Origin: Nitrosospira multiformis ATCC 25196
GTDB lineage: Bacteria > Pseudomonadota > Gammaproteobacteria > Burkholderiales > Nitrosomonadaceae
Reading direction: 5' to 3'
DNA length: 32,000 nt
NCBI RefSeq assembly: GCF_000196355.1
Contig: NC_007614.1
Span: forward strand, 1,920,001 to 1,952,000
In this document: positions 17,321-26,725 of the stretch, one piece after another
Position numbering within the stretch: position 1 is the stretch's first letter
Layout: the number at the start of each line of letters is the position of its first letter
The notes under the pieces: model-generated
The model's database searches: none
What the model was told of the DNA's origin: nothing
Seen by the model: only the letters and a program-made list of their open reading frames with translations
Position numbers and translations under genes: made by a program

Positions 17321-18556
17321 ATGACTCAAGATGTAAGGAAAAATAGGTTACTGGTACTGGCAGTAGTCGTTATATCTATTCTTGTCAGTTCCGCCGCGCG
17401 AGCCGACGCAGTGACGCACTGGAACCGGGTGGCAGGGGATATTATCGTGGACTCGGGATTGGGCCCGCTCCCGGCAGATCGTGCTCTCGCAATCGTGCAG
17501 ACTGCGGTATATGAGGCAACAAACGCGATTACCCAGCAATATCCGGCCAGCGATCTCAAGCTGAAAGGTAAGCCGGAAGCCTCGGTTGAGGCCGCCATTG
17601 CAGCGGCAAATCGCGCTACGCTTACAGCCCTGGTACCGGTGCAACGGACAGCTATCGATACTGCCTATCGCCAAGCGCTTGCCGCCATCCCGGATGACAT
17701 CGCAAGAAGCGATGGCCTTGCGATTGGCGAAAAAGCCGCAGCGGGAATTCTGTCGCAGCGGGCACAAGACGGTGCCGATGCAGGAGAATCATACCGTCCG
17801 CACACCTCTCCCGGACTCTATGTGCCTACTGTAATACCGGAAGCGCCGCACTGGTTGCAAATCAGGCCTTGGCTTATGGATAACCCGGCCCAATTTCGTC
17901 CCGGCCCTCCTCCCCAACTGGAAAGCGAGCTATGGGCACGCGACTACAATGAAGTCAAGGCGCTGGGCGGGAAGCACAGCCAGCGCACCGCTGCTCAGAC
18001 CGAAATTGCCCGCTTTTGGGAAGAAGTAATGCCTCCGATCTACCATGGAGTAATACGCTCGGTTGCCGAAGCCCCCGGAAGGGAGATCACTCGGAATGCG
18101 CGTCTCTTTGCGGCGGCAACCCAGGCTTCCACCGACGCGCTTATAGCGGTATTTGACGCCAAGTATCATTACGGCTTCTGGCGCCCGGTCACTGCCATTC
18201 GCAATGGCGATGTTGATGGAAACAATGCGACAGAACGGGATCCTTCATGGCTTCCCTTTATCGACACCCCCATGCATCCTGAATACCCCTGCGCCCACTG
18301 CATCGTAGCAGGCGCGGTAGGAACAGTACTGAAAGCTGAGATTGGGGCAGATCCCATACCGCCCCTGGCTACTACCAGCCGGGCCGCGGGCGGCGTGATG
18401 CGCAGTTGGAAGAATATCGATGAGATCATCCAGGAAGTGGCCAATGCGCGCATATATGATGGAGTACACTACCGCAACTCCGGTGAGGTAGGCACCGCCA
18501 TGGGCAGACGAATTGCCGAGCTGGCAGTTATGAAATATTTCCGCACTGACCAGTAA
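17321..18556 (+). CDS. Exported vanadium-dependent haloperoxidase / PAP2-family-like protein
   Basis: Signal peptide; 'KYHYGFWRPVTAIRNGD', 'HPEYPCAHCIVAGAVGTVL', 'RIYDGVHYRNSGEVGTAMGR' correspond to the K..RP / P..H / R-x5-H motifs. Confidence 0.85.
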   Translation: MTQDVRKNRLLVLAVVVISILVSSAARADAVTHWNRVAGDIIVDSGLGPLPADRALAIVQTAVYEATNAITQQYPASDLKLKGKPEASVEAAIAAANRATLTALVPVQRTAIDTAYRQALAAIPDDIARSDGLAIGEKAAAGILSQRAQDGADAGESYRPHTSPGLYVPTVIPEAPHWLQIRPWLMDNPAQFRPGPPPQLESELWARDYNEVKALGGKHSQRTAAQTEIARFWEEVMPPIYHGVIRSVAEAPGREITRNARLFAAATQASTDALIAVFDAKYHYGFWRPVTAIRNGDVDGNNATERDPSWLPFIDTPMHPEYPCAHCIVAGAVGTVLKAEIGADPIPPLATTSRAAGGVMRSWKNIDEIIQEVANARIYDGVHYRNSGEVGTAMGRRIAELAVMKYFRTDQ

Positions 18557-18583
18557 GCTTTTAGTGTTCTCAGAAACTTTCTC

Positions 18584-18610
18584 TGAGCCCCGGCTTGCGC
18601 ACGGGGCTCA
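18584..18610. terminator. GC-rich hairpin downstream of the haloperoxidase-like gene
   Basis: TGAGCCCCG (18584-18592) gcttgcgca CGGGGCTCA (18602-18610), 28 nt after the stop codon; no T-tract. Confidence 0.4.
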
Positions 18611-18884
18611 TGATCCCCCTGCGGTTTGGTGCGGCGCTTTTCCGCATTCAAGATGGTATCAGCCGCAGTAAATGAGGCAGCCAGGGCTCAAAATGGACTT
18701 GACAAATGGAATTAATCCACAGCGTCATAAAAGTCCCATATCTTCGAAAAATCTCTTTTGCAAAACTTCCTGGATATAAGGCTTATTTATAAACTCCTGA
18801 AAATAAATATTTTTTTTGAAGACAAAAAACAGGCTGAATACAAAAATCCGTTATGGAAACGTCACTTATCAAGTGTGCCCATAC

Positions 18885-18923
18885 CTTATCAACAAAGTTA
18901 TCCACAGTTATTGTGGAAAACAA
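18885..18923. promoter_or_regulatory. DnaA-box-like module, copy B
   Basis: CTTATCAACAAAGTTATCCACAGTTATTGTGGAAAACAA: same layout as copy A, TTATCCACA at 18898-18906; an AT-rich stretch lies just upstream (about 18775-18845). Confidence 0.6.
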
Positions 18924-19444
18924 GATCCTTGACAGGTATGAATGAAATAGGACATGGACTCCGCAAGAAGCGACGGAATGAACCTATCTGGGAACAAAAG
19001 CGTCCGCAATGATGCCTAAAACCTTTATGGCGATGTTTGCCGCTTGTTTGAGTTTAAGCGTATAGCGGATTGTTCTAACGGACTTTGGGAGGTCGAACGT
19101 GAAACAGCATGTCACTTCGCACAAATACATCCTTTTTTCTGATTTGCTCGATAAAGGGGCCGAAATCTTTACCAAGAAAAAACTCGAACACTCTCGATCG
19201 AAGGCCGACACACCTGATAACGTGGGAAAAAATTCGCCACCTCCAAAGTCTGCCAACAGATTGAAATCTTTCCGGGAAGGAAAAGAAAAAATTTAGCAAT
19301 TCAAAAACTCAGGAATGCGGCGGCAGCACCTGTTGCCGCAGTTGTTCCCCATATAGCAGCAATAGCAGTGCATCCTGGACTGTCACCGAACAGTGAGTCT
19401 CAGAAATTCCCGTCCCGAAACTTCAAAGATTAAAGCAGCAGATC

Positions 19445-20881
19445 TTATGTTACGCGAACATTCTTGAATTGCCAGGGATCCTCCCTGTCGACATCCTCGT
19501 CAAATAACCATCCTCGATCCTGCAACGGAGTCCAGTCCGAATAGATCCCCACAAGCTCTCCCAGATAGGGCTTGGCTACCTCCAGGACAAGCTCGTGGTC
19601 GATTGCTTCAGGTTCCACTACACCCGATCTCGGATTCTGCAGAGCCCATATCATTCCGGCAAGAATGCCAGCTACGACCTGCAAGCTGGTAGCACTATTG
19701 AATCGGGCAAGCCGGCGTGCTTCCCCTATGGATAACCGGGATCCATACCAGTAAGCGCATTTTGCGTGGCCCATGAGCAGCACGCCAAGCTCGTCCGTCC
19801 CCTCCACCAGTTCATCCCGAAGAATGCGTTTTTTCGCCTGTATCTGCCAATTTCTGCCCGCAAGCTCGTGAACTGAAAGTACAGCATCGTCACAGGGAAG
19901 ATAAGCGTAATGCACCGTTGGACGGTAAATCACCTCTCCCTTTTCTCTCAATGTCAGATGGTCGGCTATGGAGATGGATTCGTTATGGGTTATCAGAAAA
20001 CCGTGATACGGTCCGCCGAGGGGTGTCCAACTGCGCGCGCGGGTAGAAGCGCCGGGGCGGTTGAGATAGATGGCGGCATCGCATCCGAATCCATGATGCG
20101 CTCCATCCACCGGCCAATGGCGTTCATGAGTCCCCCATCCCAGTTCCGATGGCTGAAGACCTTCACCGACAAAACCATCCACCGACCAGGTGTTGACAAA
20201 CTCATTGGGCTGTTTGCGTTGAGAAGCAGCCTGGGTATCACGCTCTGCAATATGAATTGCTTTTATATTGAGCTGATACGCAAGTTGTGCCCATTCGCAG
20301 GAGTTTGTGGGTTTTTTCACTGCCATGCCGGTGTCCGCAGCAATGTTCAGTAATGCCTGTTTCGCAAATGTCGAGGCAAGACCCGGATTCGCGCCGTGCG
20401 ACAGAAGCGCGGTGGGGCCTTCCTGCTTTTCCCGCGCAAAAGCGAGTGCTTGCTCACGCAGCGCATAATTGGAACGCAAGGACGGGGAAACGGATCGGTC
20501 AACATATCCACCGGCCCAGGGTTCAATGCAAGTGTCCAGGTACAATGCGCCTCGCCGCCAGCACAATTCCATTAGAGCAAGGCTGGAAACGTCTACGGCG
20601 AGATTAAGCAGGAAATCTCCCTCATCGAGCCAAGGCTCCAGCACAGCGAGATAATTTTCCTCGGTCAGCGAATGGGGTGTGAATGAGACGCTAAATTTGC
20701 TAGCGATTTCACTGCCATGTTCATCAGCTGTGATTATCCTCACCTGATCGGAACGAATCTCGATATTCTGAAACAATAACGAAAGCAAAGCCTGGCCTAC
20801 GCTGCCAAAACCCACTATTATCAAATTCCCCTGCAGATGCGCGTGTTTGGTGTTTGCCTGCTTGTGCGCTTTCATTTCCAT
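19445..20881 (-). CDS. hss: Homospermidine synthase
   Basis: 'NLIIVGFGSVGQALLSLLFQ' Rossmann motif, 'LDTCIEPWAGGYVD', 'TALLSHGANPGLASTFAKQAL', 'WGTHERHWP'; start MEMKAHK at 20881. Confidence 0.85.
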   Translation of the reverse strand: MEMKAHKQANTKHAHLQGNLIIVGFGSVGQALLSLLFQNIEIRSDQVRIITADEHGSEIASKFSVSFTPHSLTEENYLAVLEPWLDEGDFLLNLAVDVSSLALMELCWRRGALYLDTCIEPWAGGYVDRSVSPSLRSNYALREQALAFAREKQEGPTALLSHGANPGLASTFAKQALLNIAADTGMAVKKPTNSCEWAQLAYQLNIKAIHIAERDTQAASQRKQPNEFVNTWSVDGFVGEGLQPSELGWGTHERHWPVDGAHHGFGCDAAIYLNRPGASTRARSWTPLGGPYHGFLITHNESISIADHLTLREKGEVIYRPTVHYAYLPCDDAVLSVHELAGRNWQIQAKKRILRDELVEGTDELGVLLMGHAKCAYWYGSRLSIGEARRLARFNSATSLQVVAGILAGMIWALQNPRSGVVEPEAIDHELVLEVAKPYLGELVGIYSDWTPLQDRGWLFDEDVDREDPWQFKNVRVT

Positions 20882-21387
20882 ATCGAAATTAATCCTCCTC
20901 CTCATTTCTGGTCACTGCCATCACTGCCTTTTTCAATCGCCCATCAGTTTCCACCCGTAATTTCCCAATTTCGATCCACACATCATCCACATTGATACCC
21001 CCGATATTTATGGCAGGCAGAATCCTTGAGATTGTGGCTTCCTGCCCGTGCTCACGCTCCATTTTTAGCTGCCGCCAGGCCAGGATTGAAACGCTCCCCT
21101 GGCAAATACTCCTCCTGCCGGTCTTTCCGGCATGGATTTTCCTCGCGCAGGAACCGGTGGATTCAAACAGTGGTCAAATTATTATTATTTTAATATACCC
21201 TTCAAATTGCATGCGACCTTGCCGGACGGGCGTGACCGTCATCGTATCAAGGTAACCGGTAACGGGAGTCAAAAGGAAGAAAAACGGGTGGGTTCGTGCA
21301 AGAGTGTTACGGTGGTCTCATTTTTATTATTATGAATGCAGTAGCTTTTGAACTGATTCACCTTATTGAGGCTTAAGGAAAAGCGCC

Positions 21388-21750
21388 ATGACGAATTCTA
21401 ATTGTATCCTGCCACGACATGAAAATCACACCCATCCCCATGGCCCGGAATGCGGCCACACCGGTGTCGCGCACGATGACCATGTCTGCTATCTTCACGA
21501 TGGCCATCTGCATTACCCGCACGGCAACCATATCGATGAGCATGTCATAGACGTCAGTGAAATCAATCCGCAGAACTGTACTCCGGGACATGAATGCGAA
21601 GGTCACGCGCAAGGTCATGTACATGGTCCCGAGTGCGGGCACGAAGCCGTGCCTCATGGAGACCATATGGACTATCTGGTCGGAGGCCATCTTCACCACC
21701 CCCATGATGACCATTGCGATGATCATGGTCCGGTGAAGACAGTGGGGTGA
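21388..21750 (+). CDS. Histidine-rich, putative metal-binding protein with internal duplication
   Basis: 120-aa ORF; 'HGPECGHTGVAHDDHVCYLHDGHLHYPHGNHIDEH' repeated as 'HGPECGHEAVPHGDHMDYLVGGHLHHPHDDHCDDH'. Confidence 0.8.
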   Translation: MTNSNCILPRHENHTHPHGPECGHTGVAHDDHVCYLHDGHLHYPHGNHIDEHVIDVSEINPQNCTPGHECEGHAQGHVHGPECGHEAVPHGDHMDYLVGGHLHHPHDDHCDDHGPVKTVG

Positions 21751-21848
21751 TCCTATCTCCAGGCACTCCTTGAATTTGCCCAAGCCGAAAAAGGGTAACC
21801 GGTTTAGAGGAAGGGTAGCCTAATTATTGCTTGGATAAGGTATTCTGC

Positions 21849-23834
21849 TCAGATTATGAGCAACGCTGGATGCAGCACTTCGATCTCGTGCAGAGGACGG
21901 CCTTGCTGGGGCGGCGAATAGGTGCCATAACTCGAAATCACCGAAGGGTCCAGATGACCGACGATCTGCTCCAGCTCGGAAAGCCGCAAGCCCTGGCGTA
22001 CAAGATAAGTAATGTAGCTATGCCGGATCGTCTCGGCGGTGATTTCCTGGGGGTCAGGCAATCCCGAATCGATTGCGGCGCAAACCAGGGCGGTTGCCAG
22101 ATCGACGCGTGTCTGCGAATCATCCGGATCCCATACCGGGCGGTTACCGGAATGCTGGAGCAAGGATTTGAGCGGATTGCTGAGGGGCACCGCCCTCGGA
22201 GTTCTTCCTTCGAGGTTGATGACATTGGCCCGCTCGTTGATCTGATTCGCCTTCAAGGACGCCGCTTCATTGATGTCGAGGCCGCTGAGCAGCAAACCGA
22301 TAAGCTGCTTCCCCTTCAGGTTGGCGGCATTGATCAGGGTCCGTAACTGATGGCTCGAAAGTTCCCGGTGCACCGGTTTTGGCAAGGCAAAGTTGGTTTT
22401 CTGCTCTAACGGTTCGGCTTTGGTCCCGAGCGCGGCGTGAGGATGATCAATAAGCTCGGTAGCAGGCGGGGTATATCTCCCCACACCGAATACTGCGATG
22501 GAAGGCGATTGTTCCTTCTTTTGGGTCAGATACTCAAAAACCCACACGCTGATCAATCCCAGAAGCAGGGAGCCGCCGAGCGCTATCAGGGCTTCACGAC
22601 TGTAGTTCGGTCTTACTGGCTCCCTTGATTCATATGCCCTGCTAATCACATCGACCTGTGGATATTTGTCCTTGCGGCCGGTTTTCACCTGTACCAGCCG
22701 TTCCTGCGTATCCCGATACAGCTTTTCCAGTCCTTCCAGATCGGTCTTCAACGCCTCGTGCTGGGTAAATTTTGTCGCGAAGGCCGATGCCCGCTGCCTG
22801 TGCTCGCCCAATTGCTCGCGAATATCCCTGACGGTCTGTCGTGCGGCCGCGTAATTCACTTCGGCTTCATTCAAAGCTACATTTTGACCCCGCAACCGCT
22901 TATTGTTGATAGCAGTCTCGAGTTCCTTGATTTGCTCAGGAAGAGACTTCAGGTCGGGCTGCAGGTTTAAGTACTCGCGGGTAAATTTTTTATCGAATTC
23001 TGCCAGTTTTTCACGTGAATCATGCAGACGCTTCTCGAGGTCGGCCAAGCTGATTTTCTCATCGTCGGGAACCACTGCCTTTCCCCGGGCAATTGCAGCT
23101 CTGATGGCATCCAGTTCCGCTTTCGCCTTGACCTCCGCCTCGGAAGCCTTGTTAAGCGACTCGTTCAGCCCCTTCAGCCGGGCGGATGGTTCATTCTCCT
23201 CGCGCTCTGTCGATAGAATGTTATTGTTTTCACGGAAGTTCTCCAGCGCCGTCCTCGCGGCAGCAACCTTGTCAGCCAACTCCTCCAGTTCACCCTCGAC
23301 AATACGCTCGGTATTGCTCTTCAAACGTTTTACTTCTTCACTTCGCGCTTCCAGGTATACGTCTATCCATGTATTGATGAGCAAAGGCAGAAAGCGGGGA
23401 TCCGAGCCTTCTGCCGCAACCTCGACGAGATTGGTTTCTGGAACAGGCTCGACGGTCAACAAAGTCTGAATATCGGATTCAGTCAACCGGTTTAAGGATT
23501 TACCGGCGGGAGAAGCCTTCAATTTCCTCAGGGTTTCAGCGGCAAGCTCCCGCCCCAGCAGGATTTGGCGCTGGATTGCCACGTGTTGAATATCGGCATC
23601 ATCGCTCTGCTGGTCGATGGGCGTCATGGCCGAAGTAAGCAATGTCGCGCTGCTGCGATAAATTGCCGGCTGGCTGTAAACGTAAGCGAGACTGATAGCG
23701 GCGCTTGTCAGAAATACAAGTCCAAAAATGTTGAACCTGCGAGATTGATACCAAGGGAATTCATTCTTATCGGCAATCCGTCCCATTTGGTGTGAATTGC
23801 CCCCGAGATGCAAGTTGACTCTGTTTTTCATCAT
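21849..23834 (-). CDS. Wzz/GumC-type polysaccharide chain-length/co-polymerase protein fused to C-terminal tyrosine-recombinase-like domain
   Basis: N-terminal TM 'FNIFGLVFLTSAAISLAYVY', coiled-coil periplasmic region, second TM 'REALIALGGSLLLGLISVWVFEYL' after the Wzz-like 'AYESREPVRPNYS'; C-terminal 'LRTLINAANLKGKQLIGLLLSGLDINEAASLKANQIN...RTPRAVPLSNPLKSLL...ITAETIRHSYITYLVRQGLRLSELEQIVGHLDPSVISSYGTYSP'. Start MMKNRVN at 23834. Confidence 0.85.
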   Translation of the reverse strand: MMKNRVNLHLGGNSHQMGRIADKNEFPWYQSRRFNIFGLVFLTSAAISLAYVYSQPAIYRSSATLLTSAMTPIDQQSDDADIQHVAIQRQILLGRELAAETLRKLKASPAGKSLNRLTESDIQTLLTVEPVPETNLVEVAAEGSDPRFLPLLINTWIDVYLEARSEEVKRLKSNTERIVEGELEELADKVAAARTALENFRENNNILSTEREENEPSARLKGLNESLNKASEAEVKAKAELDAIRAAIARGKAVVPDDEKISLADLEKRLHDSREKLAEFDKKFTREYLNLQPDLKSLPEQIKELETAINNKRLRGQNVALNEAEVNYAAARQTVRDIREQLGEHRQRASAFATKFTQHEALKTDLEGLEKLYRDTQERLVQVKTGRKDKYPQVDVISRAYESREPVRPNYSREALIALGGSLLLGLISVWVFEYLTQKKEQSPSIAVFGVGRYTPPATELIDHPHAALGTKAEPLEQKTNFALPKPVHRELSSHQLRTLINAANLKGKQLIGLLLSGLDINEAASLKANQINERANVINLEGRTPRAVPLSNPLKSLLQHSGNRPVWDPDDSQTRVDLATALVCAAIDSGLPDPQEITAETIRHSYITYLVRQGLRLSELEQIVGHLDPSVISSYGTYSPPQQGRPLHEIEVLHPALLII

Positions 23835-24143
23835 GCCTGCTATTCCCCTGCGCCAGCCGCTGCCCTGCCATTTATCACCCACATTCCTCCGTGCAATTCT
23901 TCCACTGATTCGATACAAATGTCACGAGATAAATGCAGCCTCTGTACGGTGCCGCACAAACGGGAAAGGGTTCATCCTCGGACAATGGCCCATCCAAAAA
24001 AGCAGCGATATTCATATTATTGTAAAACCCTTGCCTTAACTTGACGGTTAGCAATCGCACGCATGATAGACACAGGATTTGTATCGGAACCGGAATGCAA
24101 ATCCGGTCAGAATCACCCTCTTAACCCTTTCAGGAAACGCAAA

Positions 24144-24332
24144 ATGAAAAAACATCGTGACCAGGTTCTGTTCGGTAACGTCTTTGCTTCATTCGATCCC
24201 CGATCGGCGGCATTCCGGCAAAAAATGTTGGAACATTTTCAGACGAATAACTGCAAGCAGTGGAAAACGGTTGAAGGATTACCGGAAGCGGGAAAAAATC
24301 ATGGTGTGATATACTTCAGAGAAAGTGTATAA
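24144..24332 (+). CDS. Possible small hypothetical protein (62 aa)
   Basis: MKKHRDQVLFGNVFASFDPRSAAFRQKMLEHFQTNNCKQWKTVEGLPEAGKNHGVIYFRESV, preceded by AGGAAA; weak evidence. Confidence 0.3.
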   Translation: MKKHRDQVLFGNVFASFDPRSAAFRQKMLEHFQTNNCKQWKTVEGLPEAGKNHGVIYFRESV

Positions 24333-24496
24333 GAAGCTCCCATCCGGACTAGGAAACCAGGAGTATACTGCTCTCTCCATACGCTTTCCTGCGATTGCCA
24401 AAATGCTTCCCGAACGTGACTTCGACAATCATGCGTTCCAATAGCCCGGCAACGCTCCTCCAACTTTCCCCACTTCCATAGCTCCTGCACAATCTG

Positions 24497-25276
24497 ATGC
24501 CCGCAATGCCCGCAGTCTTCGTAGGTCATGGGAATCCTATGAATGCCCTGTCCTGCAACGCGTATACTGAAGCGTGGTCCGCTATTGGCAAAAGCCTCCC
24601 GGCCAAACCTAAAGCTATTCTTTGTATCTCCGCGCATTGGTACATACCGAAAACAGCGGTAACTGCCCAAGAAAACCCCCCCACGATTCATGACTTCGGC
24701 GGATTCCCGCAGGAGCTGTATCGAGTCCAGTATCCCGCCCCCGGATCCCTGGAACTTGCAGCGGAAGTCGCTGATTTGCTCCTGCCACATGCTGTCATGG
24801 ACACAACCTGGGGGCTTGATCATGGTACCTGGTCGGTCCTCGTCCATATGTTTCCGGATGCGGATATTCCCGTCATCCAATTGAGTATAGATGAAACCAA
24901 AGAGGCTGCATGGCATTATGAGACGGCGCGAAACCTGGCACCGTTGCGGGATCGGGGTGTCCTTATTCTCGGAAGCGGCAATATCGTCCATAATCTGCAT
25001 ACCTATTCATGGGGAAAGCATGATGCAGACCCTTATGACTGGGCTCTGAGGTTCGAAAAAATGGTGCGCACGGCGTTGCGATCGGACAATGTCGAATCCC
25101 TCATCGCATATGAAAAACTGGGAAAGGACGCGTTGCTATCGGTGCCAACTCCTGACCATTACCTTCCGTTTCTCTATATTCTTGCTCAGAGGCAGCACAA
25201 CGAGGAAATCGGTTTTCCTGTGGAAGGATTTGATGACGGATCAATTTCCATGACGGCAGTCCAGATCGGGGTATGA
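24497..25276 (+). CDS. ygiD: DODA-type extradiol dioxygenase (4,5-DOPA dioxygenase, YgiD-like)
   Basis: 'VFVGHGNPMNAL', 'AILCISAHWY', 'TIHDFGGFPQELYRVQYPAPG', 'TTWGLDHGTWSVL', 'GSGNIVHNL', 'TPDHYLPFLY'. Confidence 0.93.
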   Translation: MPAMPAVFVGHGNPMNALSCNAYTEAWSAIGKSLPAKPKAILCISAHWYIPKTAVTAQENPPTIHDFGGFPQELYRVQYPAPGSLELAAEVADLLLPHAVMDTTWGLDHGTWSVLVHMFPDADIPVIQLSIDETKEAAWHYETARNLAPLRDRGVLILGSGNIVHNLHTYSWGKHDADPYDWALRFEKMVRTALRSDNVESLIAYEKLGKDALLSVPTPDHYLPFLYILAQRQHNEEIGFPVEGFDDGSISMTAVQIGV

Positions 25277-25345
25277 GGCCTCATCTGAGGCAAAGATTGG
25301 AACATCGCGTATCTCCACGAAAACTCTTCTCCCTCCTCAAGTTTC

Positions 25346-26446
25346 CTATGTTTCCCTTATCTCTTTTAACCTGTGGTAATGGTAAGCGGCTGTCTTTTCC
25401 TGAGCGGCGATGCGTCGGCGTATCGTATTTTCATAACGCGGAAGATCGAAAAGAACATTGCCTTTAGATCCATGCAATGCTTCCAGTAACATGTCTGCGC
25501 CGAGTTGCGCGGATTCGATTGCCCACTCGATCCCCGTTCCACTGAGAGGATCCGGCGCTGCCGTTGCATCTCCGACTGCAATCCAGGCGTCTCCGCCCAT
25601 TGCTGGGAACATCGTCGCGCCAGCCATTCGTCCGGCTATTGGCCGCTGATCGAAAGCTCCCGCCGACAATGGCGCGAGAAGGCGGGTACACTGCAATTCC
25701 TGAAAGAAAAAATCCTTCAAGCGCGACTGCCGCTGCTTGAGTTCATTCCGCCCGATACAAAAACTGGCGAAATAACCTTTTTCGGCAGGCAAAGCGTACC
25801 ACCACCCGTTTCGGGTACCTTCGACATAGAGAGTGTGGCGAGGGGCTATCCGAGCCTGGAGGGAAGTCATCAGGGCAATTTGCGAGGACTCTGCAACGGG
25901 TGCATGGTCGAAAAACGGCAGCGGCACGCGTCCTGTCGCAAGCACTATAAAACGCGCATAAATAGCGAATTCGCCTGCCCGGGAAGTGGTTTCATTGGAA
26001 GATGCGTCCTCGGAAGAACGCGCGATCAGCCGCCACCTGTCATGCTGGCGCTCTACGTCCACTACCTTGGCGTCGGGAATTATAGTGCCGCCCGCGCCGG
26101 AAGCAAGATTTCGCAAAGCCCCATCCAGAAGCGAACGCTCAATCGCTACGCCAGCGCCCCATGGATTAAACATTGCATTGAATATTACCGGCTCGGCCGT
26201 ATCCCACAGCGAGGCGGTTTCATGAATCTCTATTCCATGCACTACTTCTGAAAAAAAATCGGGACAGTACTGCTCGATAAAATGTCGCCCTCGACCCGAT
26301 ACGAGTTCGATGCCGCCGGGAGCGTAACCTCCCCAGTACATGAGCTTTACATCGACACCCGCACGTGCGAGCGCAAGCGCGCAGATGGCGCCCGCCGGTC
26401 CGCCGCCTATGACAACAACATCCGATATCTCTCCGTCGGGAAACAT
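25346..26446 (-). CDS. FAD-dependent oxidoreductase, LodB/halogenase-like
   Basis: 'VVVIGGGPAGAICALALARAGVDVKLMYWGG' and 'AWIAVGDATAAPDPLSGTGIEWAIESAQLGADML'; the LodB assignment is by flavour of motifs only. Confidence 0.75.
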   Translation of the reverse strand: MFPDGEISDVVVIGGGPAGAICALALARAGVDVKLMYWGGYAPGGIELVSGRGRHFIEQYCPDFFSEVVHGIEIHETASLWDTAEPVIFNAMFNPWGAGVAIERSLLDGALRNLASGAGGTIIPDAKVVDVERQHDRWRLIARSSEDASSNETTSRAGEFAIYARFIVLATGRVPLPFFDHAPVAESSQIALMTSLQARIAPRHTLYVEGTRNGWWYALPAEKGYFASFCIGRNELKQRQSRLKDFFFQELQCTRLLAPLSAGAFDQRPIAGRMAGATMFPAMGGDAWIAVGDATAAPDPLSGTGIEWAIESAQLGADMLLEALHGSKGNVLFDLPRYENTIRRRIAAQEKTAAYHYHRLKEIRET

Positions 26447-26725
26447 TTGCTGCTATCGGTCCTTTTTCCTGGCAAACAGGACTATTCTGTACTACTGTCA
26501 CTCTATAGGGAAGAACCGGATAGCGATGCCGAGAGGATAGGCTTGCTGGTTCACGTTTTCCTTCCTGTATCCATAGAATCGTGATCAGACACGGCTAAAA
26601 GAGAGTATCAACCATGCGTGCCAGCAAAGGTCGCGATATTCGATATTGCCTTCAGAGGTTAGTTGCTCAATGCAAATGATCCTGTGTGTAGGCACACTAA
26701 AAAACCGGAGGCATCGTAGAGGTTA

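Noticed and set aside
18984-19296. Overlapping ORFs on both strands (90 aa minus, 65 aa plus)
   Set aside because: Neither strand is clearly favoured and no motifs are present; left uncalled.
21563-21783. Minus-strand ORFs across the His-rich gene
   Set aside because: Met/Val/Ile-rich composition is the expected antisense of His/Asp-rich codons; the plus-strand repeat structure is the coherent reading.
24299-25000. 233-aa minus-strand ORF
   Set aside because: Overlaps the clear DODA-type dioxygenase on the other strand and has no recognisable motif.
25505-26251. 248-aa plus-strand ORF
   Set aside because: Antisense to the FAD oxidoreductase with clear motifs; no independent support.
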